Positions 50,646 through 60,302 of a stretch of DNA of 64,000 nucleotides are shown here, piece by piece. The DNA comes from an uncultured Lachnospiraceae bacterium (GTDB lineage Bacteria > Bacillota > Clostridia > Oscillospirales > CAG-272). Where the stretch lies: assembly GCA_964562175.1 (NCBI GenBank), contig CAZLRV010000005.1:34375-98374 (forward strand), given 5' to 3'. Below the pieces are notes generated by a model. It was not told the origin of the DNA, made no database searches, and saw only the letters and a program-made list of their open reading frames with translations. Numbering within the stretch: the stretch's first letter is position 1; each line of letters begins with the position of its first letter. Position numbers and translations under genes: made by a program.

Positions 50646-50709
50646 GTCGTATTTGAATGACTCTTGTAAAATGAGTCGATAATACCTTAAAAGAACGGAG
50701 GAAAAAGAT

Positions 50710-51162
50710 ATGTTCAACCAAAAAGAATGCACATTGCTTCAGGACTTAAAGAAGAAAGAAGAGCTTTGTATTGAAAAATACACCAAGTGCGAGCATAACG
50801 CCTCATGTGACAAGCTCAAACAGCTGATGAACAAAATAGCCGGAGAGGAAAGGGAACACCTTAAGACCTTATGCTCGATAATGAATTCGAACATTCCGCC
50901 CGTACCTCAGCAGGTAAAACCGACACCGACGATGCCTACGGGGTGTTGTTATACGAACGGAAGCTGTGAGTATCAAAACGACAAGTTTATACTTGAAGAC
51001 CTGCTTTCCACCGAAAAGTATGTTTCGTCAATGTACGATACGTGCATTTTCGAATTTAAGGACACATCTGTCAGAGCAAATCTGAACCACATCCAAAAAG
51101 AAGAACAACAGCACGGTGAAATGCTTTATTCGTTTATGGCTCAAAACGGAATGTACAGCTAA
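50710..51162 (+). CDS. CotF-like spore coat protein (Coat_F domain)
   Basis: 150 aa in two ferritin-like halves: LLQDLKKKEELCIEKYTK...EEREHLKTL and LEDLLSTEKYVSSMYDTCIFE...NHIQKEEQQHGEMLYSFM. Confidence 0.75.
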   Translation: MFNQKECTLLQDLKKKEELCIEKYTKCEHNASCDKLKQLMNKIAGEEREHLKTLCSIMNSNIPPVPQQVKPTPTMPTGCCYTNGSCEYQNDKFILEDLLSTEKYVSSMYDTCIFEFKDTSVRANLNHIQKEEQQHGEMLYSFMAQNGMYS

Positions 51163-51198
51163 ATAAAAACCCGAGAAAGACCGAAGTCCTTCTCGGGT
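51163..51198 (-). terminator. rho-independent terminator (good for the minus-strand CHAP gene, weaker for cotF-like)
   Basis: acccgagaa (51169-77) pairs with ttctcgggt (51190-98). On the minus strand the stem is followed by ttttattt. Confidence 0.8.
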
Positions 51199-51218
51199 GA
51201 ATTATTTTAGGTCAAATA

Positions 51219-54035
51219 TTATTTGCAAGCGTTTATAGCGGCAATGAACTGTGTAAGGTCGTTCGCATCTGCCACGTTGTTGTTTGTAAGGTCAAGTGCT
51301 ATGGGGTAATCTACGGCTACGCCGCAATTTATGTACGCATCGCCCATGAGCATATCCTTGATCGTGCAGAGACCGTCACCGTCAAGGTCACCGATAACTA
51401 TTATTACAACGGTATCAACAATTGACGTGCCGTCGTAACGGAGAACCTTGCAGCCTGTTCCGACATAACCGGTAACTTCTTTGCCGTTCTTGTCAACTAC
51501 CTTGCATTCCTCTTCAAAGAGTCCTGCAACGTTTGCGGCGGTCATACGGTAATCTACGCCTTTTGTGAATGCGTAAGAACCGGAACGGTCAATGGATATA
51601 CCGGAGTCAGCCTTGGGTGTGAGCATAAGCTCCTCAGCACCGGGAAGAACGGTTATCGTTCTCGTACCGATATCTCTGTACTTGCCGTTGGTAAGCACCG
51701 CACGTGTGGTTATGGTGTGCTCGCCTACGGTAAGAGTTGAAGAATCGTAATTTACAGCATATGCGTGTGTTACACTGCTGTCGGCAATGTAGGTGGGATA
51801 TACCTTCATAACGTCTGCACGAACCACTATGGGAAGGTCAACAGGCTCACCCTTGTCAATTATAAGTTCATACTTGGTTACTCCTACATTGGAGATACCC
51901 CAACCCTTTATAAGGAACGTCTCGCCGCGTCTTACGGAGAATGCCTCAACGGGATCGTCATAGCTGGAATGGAACTCGGTAGCGGCTGTAATCGTTATGG
52001 TAACGCTCTTGTCAACGGAATCGTTATCGGTATCCTTGAAGAGAACTACCTTGTATGTACCGGCTGCCATAGTTCTTGTTGTTGACTTTGTACCCTCAAA
52101 GAGGTTTACATCAACGCCGCTGTTTGAGCCTACCTTGAATGAATAGAAAGGAGATGCGGTAGATATTGTATCGGTCGAGAGGAACAAGCCAACCCAAGCG
52201 TTGGGGTTCTTACTTGTTGCGGTAACAACGATACCGTCGCCAAGCTCATATGTTGTGTTGTTTGTTGCGATCGAGGTGTTGGGGTCACGAACCACAACGC
52301 CTGCCGTACCTACTGAGAACTTCTCGCCCGATACGGGGTAAGCGTAAATGTAAAGTAAGTGAGAACCGATAGACAGACCTGCTGTGGAAACATTGTCATC
52401 AAAGCCCTGAAGTGACTTGCAGGATTCAGCGTAGGCAGGATATACTTTAAGAACATCGGCTCTTGCGGCAGCGGCAAGCTCTTTTTCTGTACCGCCGTCA
52501 AAGCAGTATGTGAATTTGGAGATGCCGGAATCGTGAAGTCCCCAGCCTCTGACAAGCACAGTTGAGCCTTCGTTGGCATATGTCGTTTCCTTGGGAGTGT
52601 CAAGGGTTGCGAGGTTTGCATTGGTAAGTGTTATATTTATCGAAGCTTCCTGAATGTAACCTGAGTCAACGAAAAGAATGAGCTTGTAGGAGCCGGGTGT
52701 TATATCGCCGCGGCTGTTCTTCTTGCCGCTTGCGATAAGATCAAAGGTAGCTTCGTTAGCGCCCATCTCGTACCAGAGGTAGGATGCAACATTGCCGGGA
52801 ACATCGGTTGCGGCAAACAGACCTACCCAAGCCTTTGCGTGATCGCCCTTTGCGGTTATCATCAGGCTGTCATTTACGGCGTACTTTGTTTTAGTGCTGT
52901 CAACAAGCTTCATGTAAGTCGTGCCGGTTTTGGGAAGAACGTAAAGTGTAAGAGTACCTACCGTAAATACCTCGCTCTTCTTCGATACACCTCTTATCTG
53001 AATAGTGTGTGTACCGGAGGTAATGCCGGAGAGAGATACTTCTTTATTAAATGCGTTTACCGCAGTTCCGACACAGTTGGGATATTGTGCCTTTGTTGCG
53101 TTTTCAACGTCGGTACGATACTGACCGTCAAGAACGCCCCAGTTTGTATTGTCAAGATTCCACTCGAAGTGGTCAACACCGTTTGTGTGAACGCCCCAAC
53201 CTCTGAGTACGAAGGTATCATCCTTTGTACCGCCGTTGTTGGCACCCTTTCTGACGGTCTTGCTGTTTGTTACGGCTGCATTCTGCTTGGAAACGGAGCC
53301 GGCATCACCGGTATCGATAGTGCTTATGTAATTGGAGGTTGCAACCGTATCACCGCTGGTGTAAGCGGGCTTACATATGTAAACTATGTAAGTATTCGAT
53401 ATTGAATACGACTTTGCGGCAACCGCACCGCCGTTTGTGGATATCGTAGCCGAGGAGGTGTTACCCTCGATCGTGTATACGGTCGAGCCGGAGTAGCTTG
53501 TAACGATACCGATATGGTTCGTTATGTTCTGGTTACGAGCGGACTTAAAGTAGATTATATCGCCCGCCTTGGGAGTGTAGCCGCCGGAGGCAACTGTTGC
53601 ACGGGAATATGCCTGACCCTTGTTCTTGAACCAGTTAAGACCCGTGGGTGTGTAGGAATGGGAGGGAACTATCGAGGTAGGTATTTGCGCAACATTCGCA
53701 CACCATGAAACGAACATAGCGCACCACATATCCTGCAATCCGTACCAACGTCCGTACTCGGTGTAGTTATTGTTACCTCTCACCGTACCGGAAAGCTGTG
53801 ACGAGCTTCCGCCCTCTTGGTAGCCTACCTGCGATTTTGCAACATTTACGATGTCAACACGTTGATTGCCCGTTAAATTAACGGCAACAAGCTGTGAATA
53901 ATACTTTCCGCTTTTATATGACGATGATCCATTATATGTCAGAGCCGTTGTCTGAACGGGTATCATGGGTACGATCATCATAATTGCGAGCATTACGGCA
54001 AGAAGCTTCTTGCCGAACACATGACCGGATTTCAT
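51219..54035 (-). CDS. secreted CHAP-domain peptidoglycan hydrolase with alternating repeat modules and C-terminal dockerin
   Basis: ATG at 54035 (MKSGHVFGKKLLAVMLAIMMIVPMIPVQTTA signal peptide). The CHAP domain (nt ~53370-53867) has DMWCAMFVSWC (Cys) and NHIGIVTS...TIEGNTS (His). The dockerin (nt 51222-51392) is GDLDGDGLCTIKD ... DLTNNNVADAND. Confidence 0.85.
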   Translation of the reverse strand: MKSGHVFGKKLLAVMLAIMMIVPMIPVQTTALTYNGSSSYKSGKYYSQLVAVNLTGNQRVDIVNVAKSQVGYQEGGSSSQLSGTVRGNNNYTEYGRWYGLQDMWCAMFVSWCANVAQIPTSIVPSHSYTPTGLNWFKNKGQAYSRATVASGGYTPKAGDIIYFKSARNQNITNHIGIVTSYSGSTVYTIEGNTSSATISTNGGAVAAKSYSISNTYIVYICKPAYTSGDTVATSNYISTIDTGDAGSVSKQNAAVTNSKTVRKGANNGGTKDDTFVLRGWGVHTNGVDHFEWNLDNTNWGVLDGQYRTDVENATKAQYPNCVGTAVNAFNKEVSLSGITSGTHTIQIRGVSKKSEVFTVGTLTLYVLPKTGTTYMKLVDSTKTKYAVNDSLMITAKGDHAKAWVGLFAATDVPGNVASYLWYEMGANEATFDLIASGKKNSRGDITPGSYKLILFVDSGYIQEASINITLTNANLATLDTPKETTYANEGSTVLVRGWGLHDSGISKFTYCFDGGTEKELAAAARADVLKVYPAYAESCKSLQGFDDNVSTAGLSIGSHLLYIYAYPVSGEKFSVGTAGVVVRDPNTSIATNNTTYELGDGIVVTATSKNPNAWVGLFLSTDTISTASPFYSFKVGSNSGVDVNLFEGTKSTTRTMAAGTYKVVLFKDTDNDSVDKSVTITITAATEFHSSYDDPVEAFSVRRGETFLIKGWGISNVGVTKYELIIDKGEPVDLPIVVRADVMKVYPTYIADSSVTHAYAVNYDSSTLTVGEHTITTRAVLTNGKYRDIGTRTITVLPGAEELMLTPKADSGISIDRSGSYAFTKGVDYRMTAANVAGLFEEECKVVDKNGKEVTGYVGTGCKVLRYDGTSIVDTVVIIVIGDLDGDGLCTIKDMLMGDAYINCGVAVDYPIALDLTNNNVADANDLTQFIAAINACK
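51645..53219 (-). repeat. diverged protein-level module repeats A-B-A-B-A inside the CHAP-dockerin gene
   Basis: A modules: TFVLRGWGVHTNGVDHFEW..., TVLVRGWGLHDSGISKFTY..., TFLIKGWGISNVGVTKYEL... (each about 95 aa). B modules: ...ITAKGDHAKAWVGLFAATD...GSYKLILF... and ...VTATSKNPNAWVGLFLSTD...GTYKVVLF... Confidence 0.8.
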
Positions 54036-54096
54036 AAATAATCTCCGCCTTTCAAATAATTTTCCGCTTTGCATAGAACCACAAAGCAAAATTTTC

Positions 54097-54125
54097 GTTC
54101 AGATATATTATAGCACAACATTTTT
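54097..54125 (-). promoter_or_regulatory. consensus sigma-A promoter with extended -10 for the CHAP-dockerin gene
   Basis: Minus strand: TTGACA (54125-54120), a 17-nt spacer and TGcTATAAT (TATAAT at 54102-54097). Confidence 0.75.
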
Positions 54126-54203
54126 AAGTTGTCAACAAAAAGCGAAAAATAATAGTAAACAAGAATTGAGGCTGAAAATTGTGCAAATATACCAAAAAAC
54201 TAA

Positions 54204-54911
54204 CTAAGCGATAACATAACCGAAGCCCCTTACCGATTTAATTCGCAAGGGCAGCTCGGCATCGGAAAGCTTTTTCCTCAGATAAGTCACATAAACGTCG
54301 CAAACATTGCCCGTCGTATCATCCCCCCATACACGCCGAGTTAGCTCACTGCGCGATACGGGCGTGCCGAGGCTTTCATACAAGACACAAAAAAGCTCAT
54401 ACTCGCGTGCGGTAAGTCGGCAGAGCCTGCCGTCGATCCCCACTGTATTATGCTCGCTGTCGAATATGATTTCTCCGCATTTCTCGCCGACCTCGCTTGC
54501 CGCCTCGTCATGTGTGCAAACGACAAGAGAAAACAGCTCCGAGGCATATTCCGCAAGCAAAAACGGAGCCTGAAAGTAGTGTTTGAGATGCGGATATGTC
54601 TTGCTGTCAAGAGTGCATCTGTCCTTGCCGTACAGTATGGAGCAGATCCCGACTTTTTCAAAATTTGCCATAAGCTTAGTCAGATTTCTCTCGTCACGTC
54701 GAGACAAAAAATCACCGTCACCTATGAATATCGTCCTTTCGTCGGAAAGCTCGTTAAACAAAACATCATATATACCAGTCAAGCCCGATTTTTCGCCGGC
54801 GCACAATACACGTATGCGAACATCGTTTATATTTTCGCATACCTCAAGGCTCTCAAGCTCGAGCGTTCGCAAAAATCGCTCGTCCGAGCCGTATATAACT
54901 ATATTTATCAA
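54204..54911 (-). CDS. OmpR/PhoB-type winged-helix regulator with degenerate (pseudo-)receiver domain
   Basis: The C-terminus is Trans_reg_C-like: LTAREYELFCVLYE...VSRSELTRRVWG...VYVTYLRKKL...IKSVRGFGYVIA. In the N-terminal domain the conserved receiver residues look substituted. The acidic pair becomes GSD, the phospho-Asp context is YDVLFNELS, and KPF becomes QAPF. Confidence 0.75.
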   Translation of the reverse strand: MINIVIYGSDERFLRTLELESLEVCENINDVRIRVLCAGEKSGLTGIYDVLFNELSDERTIFIGDGDFLSRRDERNLTKLMANFEKVGICSILYGKDRCTLDSKTYPHLKHYFQAPFLLAEYASELFSLVVCTHDEAASEVGEKCGEIIFDSEHNTVGIDGRLCRLTAREYELFCVLYESLGTPVSRSELTRRVWGDDTTGNVCDVYVTYLRKKLSDAELPLRIKSVRGFGYVIA

Positions 54912-55061
54912 TTTTATTCACCCGCTCTTATTATACATATTTTTTTGTTTTTGTCAATTGACTATTGCATTTTTTGCTCGTATGTGGTAAAATCATTTAT
55001 GACAGCCGGTTGCACCGGCAAAGCTTCAGAAAATCAATAATAAACCGAAAGGAAAAATAAA

Positions 55062-56753
55062 ATGTATCTGAACGAAAAATTTAATGCATACGCCGATTCG
55101 TTCGTCGATGAGCGTGTACGGCGCAGACTTCATCCGAAAAGAGTCGTTTTGACAAAGGGAAATGTTACGGGTGAGGACGTATTGCTCAGACCTCATCCCG
55201 ACCAGGTAACTCTGTTTGCGGGCGAGCCGTGTGCGTTGGTCAACGGTGAGGCGGGAGAGAATGCCGCAGTATTAGTCGATTTCGGCATTGAACTCCACGG
55301 AAGTGTAAAGCTGATGGTGTACGGAGTTGACGGAGAAGGCGGGCGTGTGAACGCCATAGTGAGAACGGGCGAGAGCGTGAGCGAGGCTCTGACACCCCTC
55401 GGTGTAAACAATACCACAAACGACCACGCAACACGTGACAGAGTGATGAACATCGGCTTTATAAGCGTACACGAAACGAACGAAAGCGGCTTCCGCTTCG
55501 CTTATGTTGAGTTGCTTGACAAAAACGCATCGCTCAGACTGATGGCGATTGATGCGACGGCGGTGTACAGAGATCTCGATTATATCGGCAGCTTTGAGTG
55601 CGACGACGAGCGTGTAAACGAAATATGGCGCACTGCGGCTTACACGGTACACGTAAATATGCAAAATCTGCTTTGGGACGGCATCAAGCGTGACCGCCTT
55701 GTGTGGATAGGCGATATGCATACGGAGGTAATGACGATACTTTCGGTCTTCGGACAAAGCGATATAATACCACGCTCGCTCGATGCGGTACGCAACGAGA
55801 CGCCGCTCGGTCAATGGATGAACGGCATATCGTCATATTCGCTTTGGTGGGTGCTTATCCAATACGAGTGGTATCTGTATAAGGGCGATAAGGAATATTT
55901 GTCACAGCAAAGGGAATATCTTACATATTTGACACGCTTGTTGTTTGAAAAGGTAGACGAGTGCGGAGTGGAAAAGCTTGACGGAATGCGTTTTCTCGAT
56001 TGGCCGACAAGCGGCAATACCGAGGCTATACATTGCGGACTTCACGCACTGCTCAAGATGACCTTTGAAAAGGATGAGGTGCTTTTGAGAGTTCTGGGCG
56101 AGGATGAGCTTGCCGACAAATGCTCGGAGCTTACCGAAAAAATGAAGAAGCACATACCCGACACGGGCAACAACAAGCCTGCGGCGGCATTGCTCGCACT
56201 TTCGGGAATAGGTGATGCGGCAGAGCTTAACGAGAATGTCATAGCTCCGCTCGGTGCCAAGGGCTATTCGACCTTCTTCGGATATTACATACTTGCGGCA
56301 AAGCACATGGCGGGCGATGTTAAGGGTGCTGTTGAAGACATGAAAAAATATTGGGGCGGTATGCTCGACATGGGCGCAACGACGTTCTGGGAGGATTTCG
56401 ATATCGATTGGATGAAAAATGCATCAAGAATAGACGAACCGGTACCGGACGGCAAAGTCGATATACACGCAACCTACGGCGGCTACTGCTACAAGCAGTT
56501 CAGACACAGCCTGTGCCACGGTTGGTCCTCCGGCCCCGTACCGTTTGCCGCAAGGCATTTGCTCGGTGTCGAAATACTTGAGCCGGGCGGCGGATGCGTA
56601 AGAGTTAAGCCGGATATCGCCGACTTCAAATATATTAAGGGAAGCGTTCCCACGCCGCACGGTATCATAAAGGTTTACGCCGAAAGACGTGATAACGGCG
56701 AGGTATATACAAAGATCGATGTGCCGGACGGAATAAAGCTCGTTAATGATTGA
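55062..56753 (+). CDS. six-hairpin glycoside hydrolase, alpha-L-rhamnosidase (GH78)-related
   Basis: DGIKRDRLVWIGDMH resembles the GH78 RDERLGWTGD motif, and FLDWP, TFWEDF and SLCHGWSSGP are also present. No signal peptide. Confidence 0.6.
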   Translation: MYLNEKFNAYADSFVDERVRRRLHPKRVVLTKGNVTGEDVLLRPHPDQVTLFAGEPCALVNGEAGENAAVLVDFGIELHGSVKLMVYGVDGEGGRVNAIVRTGESVSEALTPLGVNNTTNDHATRDRVMNIGFISVHETNESGFRFAYVELLDKNASLRLMAIDATAVYRDLDYIGSFECDDERVNEIWRTAAYTVHVNMQNLLWDGIKRDRLVWIGDMHTEVMTILSVFGQSDIIPRSLDAVRNETPLGQWMNGISSYSLWWVLIQYEWYLYKGDKEYLSQQREYLTYLTRLLFEKVDECGVEKLDGMRFLDWPTSGNTEAIHCGLHALLKMTFEKDEVLLRVLGEDELADKCSELTEKMKKHIPDTGNNKPAAALLALSGIGDAAELNENVIAPLGAKGYSTFFGYYILAAKHMAGDVKGAVEDMKKYWGGMLDMGATTFWEDFDIDWMKNASRIDEPVPDGKVDIHATYGGYCYKQFRHSLCHGWSSGPVPFAARHLLGVEILEPGGGCVRVKPDIADFKYIKGSVPTPHGIIKVYAERRDNGEVYTKIDVPDGIKLVND

Positions 56754-56759
56754 GGGGGA

Positions 56760-57302
56760 ATGAAAATGGCTGATATGCTCGTTAAGCTGTATGAGCTTGA
56801 GGACTGCCCCGAGCTTTATGCAACGCTTAAAGTCGAGGGAATACATATCGCAAGATGCTTGTCACCCGATAAGCATAAGGTCATAAATTATATAAAAGAG
56901 AACTTTTCCGAGGGCTGGGGCAGTGAATGCGAGGCGGCGTTTGCTCACCCCACGCCGACGATATTTATAGCGGTAAAGGACAAAAAGGTGATAGGCTTTG
57001 CCGCATATGAGGCGACGGCGAAAAACTTTTTCGGTCCGACGGGCGTAAGTGCGGAGTTTCGCAAAAAGGGCATAGGACGTGCGCTTATGCTCAAATGCCT
57101 GCTCTCAATGCGTGAGGAGGGCTACGGCTATGCAATAATCGGTTGGATAGCAAAATCGGCACAGCATTTCTACGAAACGTATGCCGGAGCTACCATAATA
57201 GAGGATTCACACCCCGGAGTGTACAGCCGTCTTATAAATGTCGTGGGCGAGGTCGAGAACAAAAAGATATCGCCCAAGGCTGTGCAGACCGAAACAAAAT
57301 AA
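56760..57302 (+). CDS. GNAT family N-acetyltransferase
   Basis: GVSAEFRKKGIGRALMLKCL fits the acetyl-CoA-binding R/Q-x-x-G-x-G/A motif. Confidence 0.8.
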   Translation: MKMADMLVKLYELEDCPELYATLKVEGIHIARCLSPDKHKVINYIKENFSEGWGSECEAAFAHPTPTIFIAVKDKKVIGFAAYEATAKNFFGPTGVSAEFRKKGIGRALMLKCLLSMREEGYGYAIIGWIAKSAQHFYETYAGATIIEDSHPGVYSRLINVVGEVENKKISPKAVQTETK

Positions 57303-57309
57303 TTATCAT

Positions 57310-57343
57310 AAGCAAGCTCGTTTAATAACGGGCTTGCTTTTTG
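57310..57343 (+). terminator. rho-independent terminator after the GNAT gene
   Basis: aagcaagc (57310-17) pairs with gcttgctt (57332-39), followed by ttttt. Confidence 0.7.
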
Positions 57344-57400
57344 TCGAAAGCTCCGTTCTTCACCTCGGTGCGGCGTATGCATATAATAATACGGGAGGTG

Positions 57401-58294
57401 ATGACCTTGAACGAACAAAAAATGAAGCTGGCTGTAATAGGGGGCGATCTGCGACAGCTTACACTTGCACGGCTTCTTGCTTCCGACGGCTACGAGGTCG
57501 CACTGTACGGCTTCGATAATTGCTCAACGCCGTGCGGCGATGCCGTCAAATGTATGTACCATACCGATGCGCTGAAAAAGGCATCGGTCGTAATATTGCC
57601 CGTACCGTATTCAAAGGATAAATGCAAGATAAACGCTCCGTTTACAAAAAACGAGCTTAGAATAGATGAGCTTTTCGAATCCTTTGACGGCTCCGTTACG
57701 GTCTTTGCCGGACTTGCTGACCAAGCACTTGCGGAGAGGGCGAAAGAGAAGAAAATAAATTTGATAGACTATATGAAAAGCGAGGAGCTGAACATTCTCA
57801 ACGCCGTACCGTGTGCCGAGGGGGCGATAGAGCTGTCACTGTCCGCTATGCTGACGACATTGCACTCGTCCTCGGCACTTGTTATCGGCTACGGGCGAAT
57901 AGGCAAGGTGTTGAGCCGAATGCTTGACGGCATGGGAGCTTATGTGACTGTCGCCGCACGCTCCTCGGAGGCGGCGACATGGATAAGCGTTTGCGGCTAT
58001 GAGCATATCGAAATAGAGGAAACAGAGAAGAATATTCATCGGTATGATGTTATATACAATACAGTGCCGCATCGTATCATAACGCCCGCAATGCTCAAAT
58101 GTGTAAAGGAGGGCGTTGTGATAATAGATCTGGCATCCGAGCCGGGAGGTATAGATACGGAATATGCAAAAAGCCTCGGAATAAACGCGATACACGCTCT
58201 GTCACTGCCGGGCAAGACCGCACCCGTTACATCGGGTAAGATGATAAAGGAATGCATCTGCCGCATGATGAAAAAAAGAGGTATAACTGAGTGA
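57401..58294 (+). CDS. dpaA: dipicolinate synthase subunit A
   Basis: MKLAVIGGDLRQLTLARLLASDGYEV plus the Rossmann motif VIGYGRIGK. The start is uncertain: ATG 57401, in-frame TTG 57407 (8 nt after GGAGG) or ATG 57422. Confidence 0.88.
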   Translation: MTLNEQKMKLAVIGGDLRQLTLARLLASDGYEVALYGFDNCSTPCGDAVKCMYHTDALKKASVVILPVPYSKDKCKINAPFTKNELRIDELFESFDGSVTVFAGLADQALAERAKEKKINLIDYMKSEELNILNAVPCAEGAIELSLSAMLTTLHSSSALVIGYGRIGKVLSRMLDGMGAYVTVAARSSEAATWISVCGYEHIEIEETEKNIHRYDVIYNTVPHRIITPAMLKCVKEGVVIIDLASEPGGIDTEYAKSLGINAIHALSLPGKTAPVTSGKMIKECICRMMKKRGITE

Positions 58295-58854
58295 AGAGAA
58301 TAGGCTACGCCATGTGCGGCTCGTTTTGCACTCACCGACACAGCCTTGTACAGCTTGAGGGACTTGCGCAAAAATATGAGATATACCCGATAATAAGCGA
58401 ACGAGTGGAAAATACTTCAACACGGTTCGGAGAAAGTGCGGAGCTGATAAAGCGTCTTGAGGAAATATGTTCTCACGGCGTTATCTCCTCCGTAAAGGAA
58501 GCGGAGAGATTCGGTCCCGACCCGCTTGACGCACTTGTCATATCGCCCTGCAGCGGAAACACGCTTGCGAAAATAGCGCACGGTATCACGGACTCGTCCG
58601 TGACGATGGCGGCTAAAGCAAGTGTAAGATGTGACCGTCCCGTGCTTATCGCACTTGCAAGCAACGATGCACTCGGTGCAAATCTTTGCAATATCGGCAC
58701 GCTGTTTAACAGAAAAAACTTTTATTTTGTTCCGCTTCGTGCCGACGATACGGAGAAAAAGCCGTATTCGCTCATATGTGACTTTTCACGTCTTGATATT
58801 TGCCTTGAAAACGCACTTTCGGGTAAGCAGGTATTGCCGCTGTTTTGTCAATGA
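58291..58854 (+). CDS. dpaB: dipicolinate synthase subunit B (flavoprotein)
   Basis: IGYAMCGSFCT and SPCSGNTLAKIAHGITDS; overlaps the dpaA stop by 4 nt. Confidence 0.9.
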   Translation: MKRIGYAMCGSFCTHRHSLVQLEGLAQKYEIYPIISERVENTSTRFGESAELIKRLEEICSHGVISSVKEAERFGPDPLDALVISPCSGNTLAKIAHGITDSSVTMAAKASVRCDRPVLIALASNDALGANLCNIGTLFNRKNFYFVPLRADDTEKKPYSLICDFSRLDICLENALSGKQVLPLFCQ

Positions 58855-58858
58855 ACAC

Positions 58859-59776
58859 TCACAGCCGACAGACCTTTGTCATTGACAGATATTTTTTGTA
58901 AAGCTCGACATCGAAAAAATCATTTCCGCAGGCTCGGCACGTGCCGGCGGCGACGGCGTGGTGCAATATATCCTCGGCAGATCGGTGCTTCAATATCGCA
59001 TCCGCAACACCGGCTACCGAGCAATCGCCCGAGCCGACGGTATTCGGATCCGGTACACTGTCGGGTACGGCGGCACGGTACGCACCTGCACTTGAAAAGA
59101 GGAATGCGCCGTTGCCGCCGCACGATACGAGAACGGAGGCTGCTCCGAGTCGGAGCAAGCTTCCCGCTCCTTTTTTTATTCCCTCAATATCACAGCCAAA
59201 GCCGAAAAGCTCATTAAGCTCATGCACATTCGGCTTGACGAGATCCGCACCGCATTTGCAGGCGGTGAGCAGCTCATCCCCCGACGTATCGGCTATCACA
59301 TATGCTCCATGCTCCTTCGCTCTGCGTACAAGCACACCGTAAACACTGCCTTTGTCATATTTCGGGCTTGAGCCGGAGATAATAACGATATCGCCGACAT
59401 TTACTCTGTTCAGCTTTTCGCAAAGCGTATCAAGTATATCATCGTCAATATGTCTCCCCGAAGAATTGAATTCGCTCACACGCCCCGACGAGGACAGCTT
59501 TACGTTTATTCTGACCGAGCCGACCGGGTCGGGGACAAACTCATGCTCAATACCCAAGCCCGAGAGCAGGGAATAAAACATTTGCGCTCCGCTCTCACCG
59601 AGAATGCCGAGTGCCTTGCTATCATGCCCCATGGCAAGCAGGGCACGGCTCACGTTTATTCCCTTGCCGCCCGGCTGAAGGCTCTCTTTGACCGAGCGAT
59701 TTACCTCACCGAGACGTATATTTTCGATATTCATGTAAAGATCTATGCACGGATTCGGTGTTACGGTATATATCAT
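58859..59776 (-). CDS. 1-phosphofructokinase-family hexose kinase (PfkB family)
   Basis: MIYTVTPNPCIDL, GGKGINVS and a C-terminal TVGSGDCSVAG motif. Confidence 0.85.
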   Translation of the reverse strand: MIYTVTPNPCIDLYMNIENIRLGEVNRSVKESLQPGGKGINVSRALLAMGHDSKALGILGESGAQMFYSLLSGLGIEHEFVPDPVGSVRINVKLSSSGRVSEFNSSGRHIDDDILDTLCEKLNRVNVGDIVIISGSSPKYDKGSVYGVLVRRAKEHGAYVIADTSGDELLTACKCGADLVKPNVHELNELFGFGCDIEGIKKGAGSLLRLGAASVLVSCGGNGAFLFSSAGAYRAAVPDSVPDPNTVGSGDCSVAGVADAILKHRSAEDILHHAVAAGTCRACGNDFFDVELYKKYLSMTKVCRL

Positions 59777-59840
59777 AATAAAACTCCTTTAATAAAAAAC
59801 GAAATTTCGGGAAAAATAAAATAAAAATGCGAGGTATGCT

Positions 59841-60290
59841 ATGATAAAGGATAAGAAAATATATAAAAAATACGTTGACGGAATTACACCGCGCTCACCT
59901 ATCGGGAAAAACTGCCTTACGGCTTTCTTGTTCGGCGGCGGTATTTGCTGTATCGGCGAGGGGCTTTTGCGACTGTATGTTGCACTCGGCTTAAGTGCCG
60001 AGGATGCACCGTCAATGGTTTCGGCTACGCTGATATTTATCGCTTCACTGCTTACGGGGCTTGGCGTGTTTGACAATATCGCAAAGCTTGCCGGTGCGGG
60101 AACGCTCGTGCCGATAACGGGCTTTTCAAATGCCGTCACCGCACAGGCGATAGACGCAAAGGGCGAGGGCTTTGTATTGGGCGTTGCGGTGAATATGTTC
60201 AAAACAGCCGGACCCGTTATAGTTTACGGCACCTCGGCAAGCGTTATATACGGCGTGATATATTATTTGATAAAAATCTTTGCCCGATAA
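59841..60290 (+). CDS. spoVAC: stage V sporulation protein AC
   Basis: YVDGITPRSPIGKNCLTAFLFGGGICCIGE and AGAGTLVPITGFSNAV; 149 aa is the typical size. Confidence 0.9.
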   Translation: MIKDKKIYKKYVDGITPRSPIGKNCLTAFLFGGGICCIGEGLLRLYVALGLSAEDAPSMVSATLIFIASLLTGLGVFDNIAKLAGAGTLVPITGFSNAVTAQAIDAKGEGFVLGVAVNMFKTAGPVIVYGTSASVIYGVIYYLIKIFAR

Positions 60291-60302
60291 GCGGCAAAAT
60301 GC

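Noticed and set aside
57342-57348. Spo0A-box-like TGTCGAA upstream of dpaA
   Set aside because: It is a single 7-mer that overlaps the tail of the GNAT terminator, and its occurrence is expected by chance.
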